Origin: Hormiphora californensis
Lineage: Eukaryota > Animalia > Ctenophora
DNA: 64,000 bases
Direction: 5' to 3'
Assembly: GCA_020137815.1 (NCBI GenBank)
Contig: CM035357.1
Coordinates: 8,060,001 to 8,124,000, forward strand
Part shown: piece after piece, positions 1 through 16,800 of the stretch
Position numbering within the stretch: the first letter of the stretch is position 1
Layout: each line of letters begins with the position of its first letter
Translations under genes and position numbers: made by a program
The notes under the pieces: generated by a model
Databases searched by the model: none
Seen by the model: only the letters and a program-made list of their open reading frames with translations
Told to the model about the DNA's origin: nothing

Positions 1-789
1 TTAATTTTTGAACGGGGACCTTAATCAAAAAACGCTACAACAAATATATATAGACTATGCCATGGTATCTAATAACTATGCCAAACGACACGGTCTGAGT
101 CCTAGCCGTTATCTTAGGAAGTGAGGCACGAGGTCTCAAAAAAAGGCAAGATAAAGGCAAAAAGAGCTTTTTCGGCATATATTTTGTAAACCCCCAAAGA
201 ATCAAGAAGAAGTTGGGGTAACGACATAAAACTTTGCAAGAAGTTTTATCAAGGCAGGACAAAGCCTTTGGTACAATGATATGTTCTAGATGTTCTAGAC
301 CCCACCAAATGCCAATCCTGATTTATTGGGGTTAACGTCCATTTTAGGCTAACTGATAACCCCCAAATTTTGGCCAAACGGTGTGCACAATATCGATGAC
401 GTTTTTTCTAATCGATCATATCCGCCTTGCTGAGTGCTTTCAGATAACGTATACCTCAAAAAAGACCCAAATATGCTTTACTTGCTAGATAGCAGGAAAC
501 TGCGAAAGCACTGAGACGTCTCGTGGGTGGGGGACATCCTTCACCGCTTGCAGAGCTCCTCAAGCTAAAGTAACGTGGGCGCTTTGAAATCAATTTGTTG
601 TAGCATGTCTCTATCAACTTGAGTATCTGCAGCAGTATCGAGTATTATAAACCACCGTCCACCCCACACTCCACAGTGGGGCAAAATGCCATTTATCAAG
701 TATTATAACCATTCATTGCAATAATAACATATAATATGGTACAAATAACCTTTTTATCATTAGTCATTAGTATTCACTAAAATAGTCAC

Positions 790-1716
790 CTTTTTGATAA
801 TCATAAGTATGCAGACTGAGAAGAAATTGAGGTAACTCATCATGAGTAGCATGCCAGGAAGGGAATACACCAGAACTACCATTTTTCCAGACACCGTGTG
901 AGGGACCATACCACCGTAACCTGAATAACATTGTGTGAGGGACCCTCTACTTTCTTTATCAGTACGTAATTAATGAATTTGCTTTTACATGATACAATGC
1001 AATAGTACCACTTCTGCTATGACACATCACTACTCCTGAATTCGTAAACTTAGCTCACTCCCTAACGGTCGTGGGCTAAGTAGTAAGTAAACCTCTATCA
1101 CTCCCTAAAGGAGTGGCCAAAATGAGCTCAAAACACTGAATTTTTCGGGCTTCGCACATCGTCTTTTTGGCCTAAAAACCACAAGGTTTTTCCGCTCCGA
1201 TGTCGCTTCGAAGTATGTAATTTGCACTGGAAAAATCGAGCAAATTTTGCTTGCAAAAAAGGTCACCAGGACTCGTGGGTGGCGGAATGACGTTTCTCCT
1301 GGTCCTGGAGAAAAGTCATTCCGCCACCCCTAAAATCTGTTCGTCCTACGGGCTCACGAGCAGCACCCTCGGTACTGTCGCGTGGTACTATTCATTTCAT
1401 TGTGTAAAGGTTGAGTAGTACTAGCAGTCCCCTAGGGGGTGGGTATGGGGCTACTAACTACTATTATACTACATAATATACTGTAGTTATCCTTGGACGA
1501 TGGGATTACATTTATTATACAAAGCTAGTCAGTGTGGATTACCTATTGTTGTCAATATGGTGCTACAAAAATCAAACGAGCTCCAGAAGTTCCAAATATG
1601 ATTCCTAGCCGATTTGGCATCTGCCTTGAAGCATCGGCTACTAGACATAGATTTTAAAGTAGCCCAATCATCCTCTGTCCACACGGACCCATTCCACACC
1701 CCAGCTACTGGGTCCA
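790..1716 (-). CDS. Two-pore-domain (K2P/KCNK-type) potassium channel, P1 pore and M2 exons; gene continues beyond the left edge
   Basis: Exons 1716-1543 and 920-790 have AG/GT boundaries and matching phase. They join to give ...HIWNFWSSFDFCSTILTTI-GYGGMVPHTVSGKMVVLVYSLPGMLLMMSYLNFFSVCILMIIKK, matching the K2P pattern WxFxxxFxFxxTxxTTIGYG followed by P-x-T-x-x-G and M2 (YxxxG). Confidence 0.85.
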
Positions 1717-3974
1717 CTGAAATGGGGTGTCATGTTAGGATAGTAACATTGTAAAGTGTAATTGTTAACTATGTCCCTAGATGCAGCCGAATAACGTGTG
1801 ACATGACTACTGAGCCACTTCAGAAAGATTTGTGTGCTAAATCTGCATTCTGCAAAAAGTTACTACTCTTTATATAGTACATAACGTTCTGCACGCAGTG
1901 CAGCGCTGCTACGCGACTGAAATAGCCGCTGAGATACACTAATTGCCTTAAGTGCGATTAGATTCTGTGGACTGTGCACATGACAAGCAAAAAACAATTT
2001 TGGGTTACAACAGAGAGTGCAAGCAAAACAACCAATAAACACATCAAAGCTAAAACACTGCTACAAGTTTTACACAAGATTTAGCTTGACAGTTTTACAA
2101 AGAGGAAAGACTTTTCTAATGAAACAAAATTATCATGTTGACTCAGTCATTATAGTGAAAGGGCCCCTTTTTTTTTTAAAAAATAAAAAATTTGAAAAAA
2201 CTTTTTTAAAATTGGGGCAAAAAAGGAAAACAAAAACCCCCCTACCCCCCCCCAAAAGAAATTTTTTTAAAAAAAATTTAGGAAAAGGGGGGCCCCCGGG
2301 CCCCCTTCAAAACTACAAACCCCTTTTGCCCTGAGGAATGGATTTAAAAATCCTGTTTAAGTTTGCCCCAAAGGACCCAAACCGTGAAAAACCGGCAACA
2401 AGGGAAAAAAGGGGTATTATTCCAAAAACCCAAAATGGGTTATCGAAAAGTTTAGATTAATTTTGGAGATGTTGGTTTGTATCTTGGATAGGAAAGATAC
2501 GTTTTTAAGGAATAAGGAAGAAATTTTGAAATTAACAAGGGCCCCCGTTAAGGACCCGATTTAGGGACCCCCGATTAGAGGGAATGTGAAAAAAATTTTT
2601 TGGAAAAAAAATTTTAAAAAGTTTGGAAAGTGGGGGGGGGAAGATAGGGGGGTTTTTAACAGGGGCGGAAGCAGGCCCTGGCAGAGGGACAAGTTCAAAG
2701 GTAAGCGTCAAATTCGAGATGGGGAAGGTCATCTTTGCAATTGCAGGCGGACAGCGGAAAGAGAGCGAGAGGAAAAGGAGGGGAGGGGGGATACAAAAAA
2801 ATTAAAATTTTTCAAATTAAGACGATTGTAAGTGTGGGGGGGATTGGGGAAAGGGAGAAAGATTTAATTTAAACCGGGGGGGAATTGACAGTAGGGGTTT
2901 TAAAAGGGGAGGGAGAAAAGGAGGGAGAAGAACAAAGAGGGCTTTAAAATTGAAAAATTTCACTTTTTTAAAAAGAAATTAAGATTTTTTTGGGTTTTTA
3001 AAAGGGAAGAGAAAAGGAAATGAAATAAGGAGGGTTTAAGAAAAATTAATTTTGGGAAAAAAAAGGGTGGGTAAAAGGGGGAGGAGAGGGAACCTTTATG
3101 GACGGGCCTTCCCGGGGTCCCGGGGCATTATTTATGGGGAATTTTGTTGGGAAAATGGAGTTTTAGAAAAATTTGGATTTTTAATAATGAAAAAAAGGCA
3201 AAAAAAGGAAAGAGCTTTAAAATAATTCCCAGCCAAAATTTTATTCCCGGATTTAGTTACCCTGAACTAAAAGAAAGGGGGAGGTTTTCCACAAAAGGGA
3301 TTCCAAAGGTTCCCGGGTCCTCCCCCTTTTCCCCCAAAATGGGCGGGAGGGGGAGGCTGACCCAAGAGGGGCCCAAATGGAAATGGCCCATTTTAAATAA
3401 CCGTACTTTAATTTAACCGGGGGCAGGAAGAGGAAGGAAAGAAACAAAAACCAAGAGTGAAAGAAAAAATGGGTGAAGAAGGAGAGAGGTTGAAGATGTG
3501 GAGGAAGAGGAAGGAAGGAAGAGCGAAAGAAGGAGAGGATAACCCCCTTGAAAAAGGGAAAATTTGCGGGAAGGGAAGAGCGAGGAAGAACGGACAGGAA
3601 GAAAAAGGAAAGGGCCCCAAAAAACCGCCAAAGAGGGCCCGAGGGGAAACCCCAAGGGGAGACCAGAAAAAGAAAGAGAGGAGGAGGAAAGGGAAAATCG
3701 GAGCCGGAGAAAAAGACCAAGCACGGGGGAAGGGCATAAGCAGCCCGGATCCCCAAGACCCCTTTGGAAAAGAAGGAGATTCGGAGACAACCTAGAGACG
3801 GGGAAGGAGGGAGAGGAAGGACGAAGGAGGGGAGAAACGAGGGGAGGGAAGAAAGAGAGAAGAGAGAGAGGGAGAAGAGGGGCTCCGAGAAATTTAGATA
3901 AAGAAGAAGGGGAAGGAGAGAGAGGAGGACGAGAGAGAGGGGGAGGGGAGGGAGATGAGAGGAAAGAGAGAGGG

Positions 3975-4008
<34 letters not shown>

Positions 4009-4301
4009 AGAGAGAGAGGAGGAGAGAGAAAAGGTGGAGGAGAGGGAGGAGGAGAGAGAGGAGTTTGGTCGGAAAGATGGTTTTAAAAAAATCTTTGGGG
4101 CCCAAAATTAAATTTTATCAAATTACCGGGGGGCCCAAATAACAAAAATTCACAGATCGTACGAATGCCCAAAAAGGGGAAATAGAGTAAAAATTTTTTT
4201 GGTTTAAGCCCAAATAGAGGTGCGGGTGCGGTTATCCGAAAGGGGAGGACTTGGGGGGTTCCCCAATAAACCCCCTTAAAAATTAAGTAAAGTAAACTCA
4301 C

Positions 4302-6687
<2,386 letters not shown>

Positions 6688-6824
6688 CTAACGGTTAACT
6701 GCTCAGCGGAAGTGCAAAAAGCGAAGATTAAACGGTGAATATATAGTACAAAGAGAGTGAGGAGGACAATTGAATGGTTGGGAATATGAAAAGACAAACC
6801 AAGGGACAATAGCCTGCTCTTTAT

Positions 6825-8744
6825 TTAGAATAGCACATCTCGCATCTTTTGTGCAAGGTTTTCCTGTTCAACAATGTGTGGAAAAGAGAAGAATAAAACT
6901 GTAACAGTAATAACGGGGCAGTAGTTAGACAATATAGTTACTTTTCTACTGGATTACTAGATGCAAACTATAGAAAAAAACTAATTATGTGACTTTTTAT
7001 AAAATTATAAAAGCCACAAAGCTATGGCCTATGATGGTACGACGTAGTTGTGTGTAGTATGTACGACGTACAATGTGCATACAACTGCATAGAGATAAAG
7101 TTAGTACGCACACGTCTTCTGTATGACGATACACCAGCAATGATGATTATTTTTATATTATCGGGAGATGTAGAAAATATAGAGAAAGAGAAATAAGAGA
7201 GAGAAGAGTGAGAGAGATTGTGGAATTCAGATAAAATTTAGCACCAGGAAAAAAACCACGTGTTCTCCACAGAAATAGGTTACAGGAATCATGTGAGGGT
7301 AATTAGGAACTGTAAATCCTCTAGGAAAATTGGATTGTGCGATTCAATTCGATTGCAATCTGAACTAGACAGGCATTGCAGAGTGTAAACTTTAAATTCG
7401 AGAACTGCTGGAGTTGCGGTTACAAAGTGACATCTTATTCTCTGAAATCCTTAGAGGGAAAGCGAATGAGATCGAAGCAATATTTTAGTATTGATACATA
7501 GCTCCTTTAATCGACCGGAGCTGAAAAGTTATCATGCTAATTATATCATTTAAATCACAAATTGTTAATAAGTTGACTTGTTCAGCCTCCTGCCTCTTTG
7601 GGGCAATACAAAACAACGACATGTCCTGTTATACTATACAAAGGTTAAAACTATTTGAAAAATTAATTTGTACTGAAAGACAAGTTTGAAGTAAATCCCC
7701 GTGACATAACAGGTGCTTATCAGCTCATAAATGATGTCACATACTATGTGACACATAAACGGGCCTATGTCCGCTATATCAGTATAGTAGTTGCAATAGA
7801 AGTGGTTAGATCATGATCAGTCAATCTAGAATAAAATTTGTACTGACCTACCTCACCAAAGATGAACAGGATGCAATTTAACATGTCCTTTTTCTGAAGT
7901 TCTTCCATGACATCTTCATCCAGTGTTCCACTTCCAGAGATATCGTCACCGATTACTGGGATGGAAAACCCATGGGCCGCTGACACCTTCCCAACTGCTT
8001 TCTTCCACCGCTCCTGTGCTGTCGGTACTAAGATAGTTACAATTAGGAAATTTTTGGGCACATCGCAGCCATCTGCGTTCGTGCTCCTCTCAAGCAGGGG
8101 CTCGACACGGCAAAAGACATGTTTTATACATGTCATTATATCATAAATCATTTTGTGGCTACATTTATATATCGAGTTGGTAAATGTTTATTATGTAAAG
8201 CAATTATAATTCAAGTTAGGCAGATTATTGGCGAGGAACATGGTACCTTGTTGCTGCACATTATTCTTCCTGGCTGCAACTCTTCGTTCCAACTTAGCCT
8301 CCCAAGATTCCCTAAATAAAAATTTGATGGATAAGTATATACAAATGCGAGAGAGGAGATAATATATCTATAATAATTGACACTTAACTCATACCATATT
8401 TACAGTAAAACCTCGATTTACCGGACACTACTCCCTGATTTCATAATTTGGGAAAATGTATCAGTTCGGTAAATCGAGGTTAATCCGGTAAACCTGTTTG
8501 AATGCATATACACTGAGATTAAGAGAAAATGATTGTAGGGAAACACAGCATTATTGAAATTAACGCAATTGTTCTTGTTGCTATTCCGTCACACAAGGAG
8601 GAAATTATCCCGGGAATTATTTAAAAGTTGTATCCTAGTTAGTTACCTTTCAGGAAGTTTTTCATTAACAGGGCATTCCACTCTAGCAACAGGGCATTCC
8701 ACTCCAGCAAATGTGGATGTTGTCCGCATAAAATTGAAAGCCAT
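6825..8744 (-). CDS. Small spliced ORF (~125 aa) of unknown function, or the first exons of the K+ channel gene
   Basis: Phase-compatible exons 8744-8647 (MAFNFMRTT...), 8311-8247 (ESWEAKLERRVAARK...), 8027-7852 (PTAQERWKKAVGKV...ILFIFGE) and 6863-6825 (ENLAQKMRDVLF*, with AATAAA overlapping the stop). Exon 3 is also in phase with the acceptor at 6687. Confidence 0.55.
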
Positions 8745-9103
8745 CCCTTGTATAATATATTATGTATTGTATTGGTTTATCCTAAAGCTGAAGTGATTCA
8801 TGAAATAAAAGATATACATGAATCCCGGAAATGGAAGTTGAATCCTGAAAGTGGTCGTATTAGCCGCACAACTATACCATAGCAAATGTTGGAAAAGGAA
8901 TCGAGCGATAAACGGTATCATTGTACTGTGTGACACAAGACCTAAACAAGAGAGCTTGGGTACCAGTACAGCTGTTATATGATCGTGAGACCAAAAAAGG
9001 AGAGCGAGAATATCAATAGCGTTGTAATGAATCAGAATATAAAGAAAAGGTGGAGAAAGGGAGAGAGCTATGACACAATCAGCCGTTCGCATGTCATTCT
9101 CTA

Positions 9104-9308
9104 TTTTTTTTGATCTGGCTTTTTTGATCTGGCTTTTTTGATCTGGCTTTTTCGATCTGGCTTTTTTGATCTGGCTTTTTTGATCTGGCTTTTTATGATC
9201 TGGCTTTTTTTGATCTGGCTTTTTTGATCTGGCTTTTTACCTAAAAAAGCCAAACCCGCCCTGAAATCCGGGATTGATCTGGATTTTTTTGCCCTTGCCC
9301 CCCCCCCC
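9104..9308. repeat. ~14-bp tandem repeat (GATCTGGCTTTTTT)n ending in a poly-C run, between divergent genes
   Basis: About 10 copies at 9104-9240, one more at ~9276, and a C-run at 9298-9308. Confidence 0.85.
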
Positions 9309-9399
9309 TCATATTTTTACATATATACATTATTCAAATTATAATAAGTTATTATGTATTCCAGTGTTATAAATTAGTTACCCTGTTCTCATTCTAGCA

Positions 9400-10787
9400 A
9401 TGGACACTAACGTGTATGTTGGTGGGGCCAGACATTTTCCGAACAAAGATCAGGCGGATCAACAAAAGGTATTGCTCTTCACAATAATTAATGGCACTGT
9501 AAGATTCTCTATTTTTCTACATAACATGGTCTGATGCAGTCAGAGGACCCCGATTTACCGGGAAAACACTTCCCCCGAGCATCCCTGTAAATCGGGGTCC
9601 GACTGTCCATACGATGCCCTTATTCTGAAATATTTCAGCAGCGGCCTCTACGACACGGTGTCGCTCCAACAGTGACTGAGATCCACAGTGATGTGCTAAC
9701 AAACTTGGCTAATCAGTATTGGGCACCACACTCAACACTGCCTAAACAACCGTTTAGTGACAAAGTTATAAATAGGATCTATTACACAGAAATTGGAACC
9801 AAGTAAGTATGAGTTGGCCTCTACTTAAAAAGATAATTAAGTGTGCATGATGGACATTGTAGCTACTAAATCATCCTTTTAAAGCAAAAACAAAATAATT
9901 TTCTCTCTATTTCTAATTATCAGATGGTTTTTGAGCCTGTATACCCTCCACATGTTGTTATTGAGAGAGTTTTTAATTTGTTAGGGGGTCCAGACTTATG
10001 TTGCCAATAATTACCTCTCCTTTTATTCCCAGGTTTCCTATCCGGAGGATAATGCTGCTGGAGTTTTCGCAGTACTTAGAGTTATACCTGTGGCCCAACT
10101 TCTCTCCCTCTACACTGTCACCCAGCTATATAATGAGTATCGTTATGATGATCAATGAAAAGGTCCGCCAAAAAGTTGAAGTTTGGCGGGTTTTTCGAGA
10201 GCAGCCAGCACAGGTAAGATATCCTCATGGCAAAAACCAGCCTATTAGATCTACAAGATGCACTTGTGGGAAGTCTAAATCTCCTCTTGGAACTTTGGGT
10301 GATTATAAGACGTACTTTGAGCTGCTGTGAAATTGTCAAATCGAACCTTCTATGAGTACCCTTTCGTCTTTGTTAGCAATTTCAACTAGCTACTATATCT
10401 CAAGGTTGCTTTGTTTTTCCACGCTGTGAAGGAAGCCATGAAGGATGAGAACGGGCAGTTTAAAATTAAAGAACAGACTGTTCTGCTAACTTTCCTCATA
10501 CACTCCTTCAACAGCTTGGTAAGTCCTCTTTCAATCGCTTAATATTAGCCCAAAATAGTAGTAATTTAGTATTATAATGTACATTGTAAAATTTTGAGAT
10601 ATAATATAATTCTTTAGGTACCACTGCTTGTACAACTTATAACACCCCCCAGTGTTATAAGTGAAAACTTGTAACACCCCCCAGTGTTATAAGTGAAAAC
10701 TTATAACACTGGGAGGTGATACATGAAAACTTATAACACCGCTGCACTTAGAACTCCACCGTTAGAAAGATAAACGTGTACGAACTC

Positions 10788-10874
<87 letters not shown>

Positions 10875-13800
10875 ATGTCACACTCTCACGCCGTTGCAGC
10901 ACCGAGATCAAGATAACAGTTACGAACTCCCGGACCCACACATTCTTTATCTCTCTCACTCTCACTAATCTCTCACTCTCTTTACCTATCTCAGGCGTTA
11001 TCTTATCTTATACTGATTTCTCTGCCTGCTACCTTATCATGAATTTGTTCTAATTGTTACGCCCTAAAGTGTCTCTCACTCTTGTTTAAAAAATTTTACA
11101 ATGCAATTTTATTATGCCTGTTTTCGTTGTACCTGACGTCAACAATAATGTCCCAGATTCGTACACTTTTAGACCTCGCAGGCTCGGTCAAAAAGTAAAA
11201 CTACATCACTCGCAGGCTCGTGAGGTAGTTACACTTATTGCCACTCGCAGGCTCGTGCACTAAAGTACAAGAATCTGCCTCGACCTGTGGTCTCGGATCA
11301 TTATTGTTGCACTTATAACACTCGACCTTCGGTCTCGTGTTATAAGTTTTCAGGTACAACTTATAGGCATAATAAAATCCTACATTATATGATACAAAAG
11401 TAAACACAGTGTTTACATTATATGATATATGTACCATTTAATATTTTGTTTCTCATTTGCAGGAAGAAGACATAGTAAGGACACAGATTCAACACACTGT
11501 TGGACTTGGTATATGGCGGAATCTCCTACCGGCAAAACTTAATTCTCTCCTTGCTCGGAATCCAAGACTATCTAAACGATGGGCAGGGCTTGCAAAACGG
11601 GAGTCTAAGTTGTCTGCCCGTGAGAGAGCTCTGAGAGAAAACGACTATACATTCTTACCCAAACTCGTCACCATTTTCTTGGCTGTATTGTCAGAAATTT
11701 CAGCGGAAGGTGCAGTGAAGTTGGAAGAGGTTAACTTCTGCGAAAGATTCTTGGAGTTATGCATTGATTTACAAGCCCAATTGCCAACGAGGCGGTTCTT
11801 TAACTCTGTGCTTCTTGATTATCACTTGATTGTGAAGTGTGGTCAAAGTGGCCTCGCTGCCAGGGCTAGTGCGGAGGGTCATTTGTTCACAGAGCTCCTC
11901 AAGATGGTCCAGTTCTACTCAAAGTAGGTTTGCTATATGCTATACTAGATCCATTCTACTCAAAGTAGGTTTCCTATATTCGATGGCATTTCTTGTTCAG
12001 CAGTTGATAAAAACAGTTACCCAATGAGCTTCATGCCCTTAGATATTGCAGCTGTGAACTCATATCATGAACGCATGTAGGAATACGATTTTTAAATGCC
12101 AGGGGATCTTGAGTGTGGAAGTGGTATTCGTTAGTTACTATGAAAGAGATGTGATCAGGAAATAAAATAGCTATATGGATTAAATCTCATTCATAATACT
12201 GGGTGTTCATTTTGGATCTTTACAAGCGTTGGCCTTCACCCAGAAAAAAGTTGACAAGATCAGGTCATGAAACTTCATACTTGGACTATTCTATACCCTC
12301 ATTCAAGGTTCCTGGGGGTTTTGGAGCTTTAGGACCCCGGGAAGTGTGTTTTTGGCATCAAAACTACTAGAAGGAATTTTTTGCTGGTGCTGAGACTTTG
12401 CTAAAATGTTTTTTGGGTATTTTCTATGTCAAGTTTCATAGAGATTGGATGTGTTTTTCAGACTCAAAATTTCATAAAAAGTGGCTGAAAAGGCTCGAAA
12501 ACAGCTCAAAAACGACTAAAATTGAGTCTTTCCAGCCACTTTTTATGAAATTTTGAGTCTGAAAAACACATCCAATCTCTATGAAACTTTAGGATTGACA
12601 TAGAAAATACCCAAAAAACATTTTAGCAAAGTCTCAGCACCAGCAAAAAATTCCTTCTAGTAGTTTTGATGCCAAAAACACACTTCCCGGGGTCCTAAAG
12701 CTCCAAAACCCCCAGGAACCTTGAATGAGGGTATAGAATAGTCCAAGTATGAAGTTTCATGACCTAATCTTGTCAACTTTTTTCTGGGTGAAGCCCAACG
12801 CTTGTAAAGATCCAAAATGAACACCCTGTACATAATTATAATACCACTTCCACACCCGAGATATATGCCTGCTGTTTGTTTCCCCTTTAACTGTTGTGTG
12901 AGAAAATTGAGAATGTAGCTAGAGAAGATATGAAACATCTTGATTCTTCTGAATAATGAGTTCAGAGCAAGAATTAAATAGGGAAGAAAATCGAAAAATA
13001 CTGGGTTTGACCGGGAATTGAACCAGGGACCTCCAGAGAGACATGCTCGGAGCTATACCACTAAGCTACCAAACCCTATCTATCTTGATTCTTGTTCCAA
13101 AAACAGGTTTGTCACCCTTTTCTCTGCATCAGGTTTGAAATAGAGGATTTGGAGGGAGTTCCCCTTACCCAATCAGAAATGCTCACTGCTCACTACGACA
13201 ACGTACTGAATCTACAGAAGCAATGTTTCGCCAATTTTAAGGTAGAAGCAAGTTCAGTAGCATATTCGACTATTCACATATTTAAACATACTACAACTTC
13301 TCCCACGTTCCCAGGAACTAGAGGAGTTGGCGTTAGCCAGTATTAGTCAAGTGGATAGTAGAGAAAGCTTGATGGGTTATCTCCGTGGACTGAACAACAA
13401 ACGACTGCACGAGCTGGCAAGCCAACTTCATCTTGTAGAAGCGGTATGTTCTGTTTTCAGTATGTACAATAGATCTGGGTTATTATATTGGAAATTTCAT
13501 CTTCTTCTCTGAAGTCAGAAGTGGAATCCGATTGGTCAACTTATTGATTCAGTTAAAGCTGTCAGTAACAGATATTTATAGTTATACGGGTTTGTATTAA
13601 ACTATTCGACCCAAAAACATTGGTCTAACCGGCTGTTTTTGAGTCGAACAGTTTCGGATACAATGAATTATGTGTATTGTGGACTGTTGACGACTTGTAG
13701 ATTTATTCAGGAATTATTTTCCTGAAAAAATTTACAAGTCGACAACAGTCCATAATAAACATTATTCATTGTATTGACAGGTTACACTCACTATCCCATC

Positions 13801-16800
13801 TAGCACGGGGAGGTTAAGTACAAGAGTAGCTTCTTGTTGGAGGTCCTCGTTTCTCACCACGAGAAAAGAACGAGCCAAAAAGAGGAAATAAACAACATGC
13901 CTCTCTATCCGACTGAAGAGGTAGTAATTATGTAACCTGTGTGTAACCTGTGTGTAACCTGTGTGTAACCTGTGTGTAACCTTTGTGTAACCTGTGTGTT
14001 ACTGTGTAACCTGTGTGTAACCTGTGTGTACTGTGTAACCTTTGTGTTACCTTTGTGTAACCTGTGTGTACTGTGTAACCTGTGTGTAACCTGTGTGTAA
14101 CCTTTGTGTAACCTTTGTGTAACCTGTGTGTAACTTGTGTGTTACTGTGTAACCTGTGTGTAACCTGTGTGTAACCTGTGTGTAACCTTTGTGTAGTTCT
14201 GCACACATTCAGTTTTAATCGGTTGATGTGTTTCAGATTTTATGGGATGAGAACATCGTTCCTAACGAGTACTTCTCGGGTGAAGGTTGTTTAGCCCTTC
14301 CAAAACTAAATCTACAGTTTCTTACCCTCCTGGATTATTTGCTTAGGAATTTCAACTTGTTTAGGCTGGAGACCATGTATGAAATAAAACAGGTGAGCAG
14401 GATGCGGTACCTACTTCTTCATCTATTTACTAGATACGAACATGTTGGAAATGTTTCATGACACAATTTAATTCATGACTTATAACCTGACCTCTTACAC
14501 AGGATATTGAAGATGTTGTACTACGACTGGCCCCCTTCTTAGCATCTGATGCTTCTACACAGTTTCGAGGATGGGCCCGTATGGCACTGCCCCTGGCTAA
14601 GTTTGCTATAGTAGAGGTCAGTACTTCTGCCTACATCAGTGTTCTGTATCTTTATGTATTATCTGATATCTTTCTTTCATGATTGTTAGAACACATACTG
14701 ACGCAGTTCTCTGGCTATATGCCAGAGGTTGCAGACTCATGCCGCTACCTCTTCTTTACTAGGTCGCTAAGCCAAACGTTGGTAAAAATCATCCCTCAAG
14801 GGTCCGAGCTGACATAACCATTAACCTCGATATAAGGTGAGCAAATTATCCTGTGATCCAAACAACTAAAGTTGGATTTTTTGAAGTTGTCACCCATAAA
14901 TGCACACGCATGTAAAATTTATCAACTTTGAGGCGCTCACCACACGTTAACATGTGATATGACGCACAAAAAAACGGGCGAACGAGAAGGGGGTGACAAC
15001 TTCAAAAAATCCGACATTATTTACAAATGTAAAGGAGTTTCCGGTTTAGAACACCATGTATTTACTACTTGAGAGGGTTTTTTGTTATTTAAGTAGAACG
15101 TTCAGAGAACAGATATGAAGACTCTGTCCTTGGTGAATTGGTTTACCTTCTATATACCATATGTTAGGGGGGCTTGTCAGTAAGGGTCATGACCCTCCTT
15201 ACGTCGGTGACAGATGTACCCTTTAATACACAAGAAACTCTCTGCTGGGCGCTGTGAGAGGGGCGAGCAAGGCAAAAGTTTCTCACTTCTGAATTAACTA
15301 TTTAATTAATTAGACCGAGACGATGACACGAACTTCACGAAAGTGTGTTCCACTCCGAATTGGTCACAGTTTTGAAATGTTGCTCATGGACGGAACGCGC
15401 CGGGTAATTTTGCATATGTTCCTAACGCGCTCGCGCCAAGTGTCACGCGCGCTCGCCTCTCTCAGCGCTGACAAAAGGATTTGTTTTATTGTTTATTAAT
15501 TGTTTATTAATTACTTTAATGTTAATATTGTAATTGGTTCACACTCTTTTTTTTAATATAAAAGAGCACATAGTTAAAATTTGCATCAGCACATTCTTCC
15601 CACACTCCATGGTCATAACCCTGGGGGGGGGACCCTGATTTTGGTCGATGGCCTTTTTTAGCTTTTTTAGCCCCCAATCCATGTCCTGAAAATTAGCACA
15701 AAAAAGCTAAAAGTGCCCTAATTTTGGCCGTTGGCTTAGTTTTTTAGGGCTGGACCCCCAACCCTCTGATAAAATCCCTATAAGATAGATACTGAGACAA
15801 ATCTTTTGACCCTACAAAGCCATCTTATCTATGAAGTCTCTCTTGTATGGAGTGGAGATATGAGGGCAAATGCAACCTAACTTCCTTTCACTTCCAGGCG
15901 AGAGATTGCGTCTGAGTGGGACTCACTTCGCCGACATGATGTGTGTTTCCTGTTGTCAATAGAGGCCCTATCCACAACCCCCAGTTATAGCGCCAAGAAA
16001 CCCTTCCTGGAACAGGTGATTATTAAAAACTAGGTTACTCTTTTTCTAGCCCTCCTTTACATTTGTAAAAGAGAGAGAGGGTCGAACAAGGTAATTCTTG
16101 ATAGCACAAGTGCTAAAATGATCATCCGGATCGATGCCTTCGGTATCCACCCGGGCAGGGGGAAATCTATTGAACTAAACTTCCTTGTTTTTTATTTGTA
16201 AACAGCTCCTCCTGGTGAGTAGAGCACTATCCGAGGCAAGGACAATCAGCTATAATATTAATTTGGGTAATACAATCTCTCTTCAGGTGAGAATGAGGTT
16301 TATCAGGGGCTGTGAAATCGAGGGATATCTTGACGAGGAAGGGAGAGTTGTACAGGAGGGGTTCGAAAAACCGAAGTATAAAACACGCATGAGGACAGTC
16401 CGTGTATATTTGGATGTTAATCAATATCAGGTTATAATTGCTGTTGTTGGGAATTGAAAGTTAATATCCTCTCCCTCCCTTGTTTTACTAATATGTTTAT
16501 TCTAGACTGATATGGAGGGAACTATTAAAGGATCGGAGGATGTGTATGATAGCTTTAACATTCTTCTGCGACGTAAGCCAAAGGAAAACAACTTTAAAGC
16601 AGTCCTGGAAACTATACGTGATATGATGAACACTGAGTGTGTTGTTCCTGGTAGGTTCCTACCATTGTACACTACACACACCTCGATCCCCCCTTCATAC
16701 TGTGTAGGGAATGTTGTACATTGAGTAATTTGCTGTGATTACATACTTTCTCTCCTTGAGATATGACACACACACAAAAAATATACGCTGCAAAGCAAGT

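Noticed and set aside
3144-4142. Several 100-230-aa R/E/G- or L/S/P-rich ORFs
   Set aside because: Products of purine-rich low-complexity, probably error-laden sequence.
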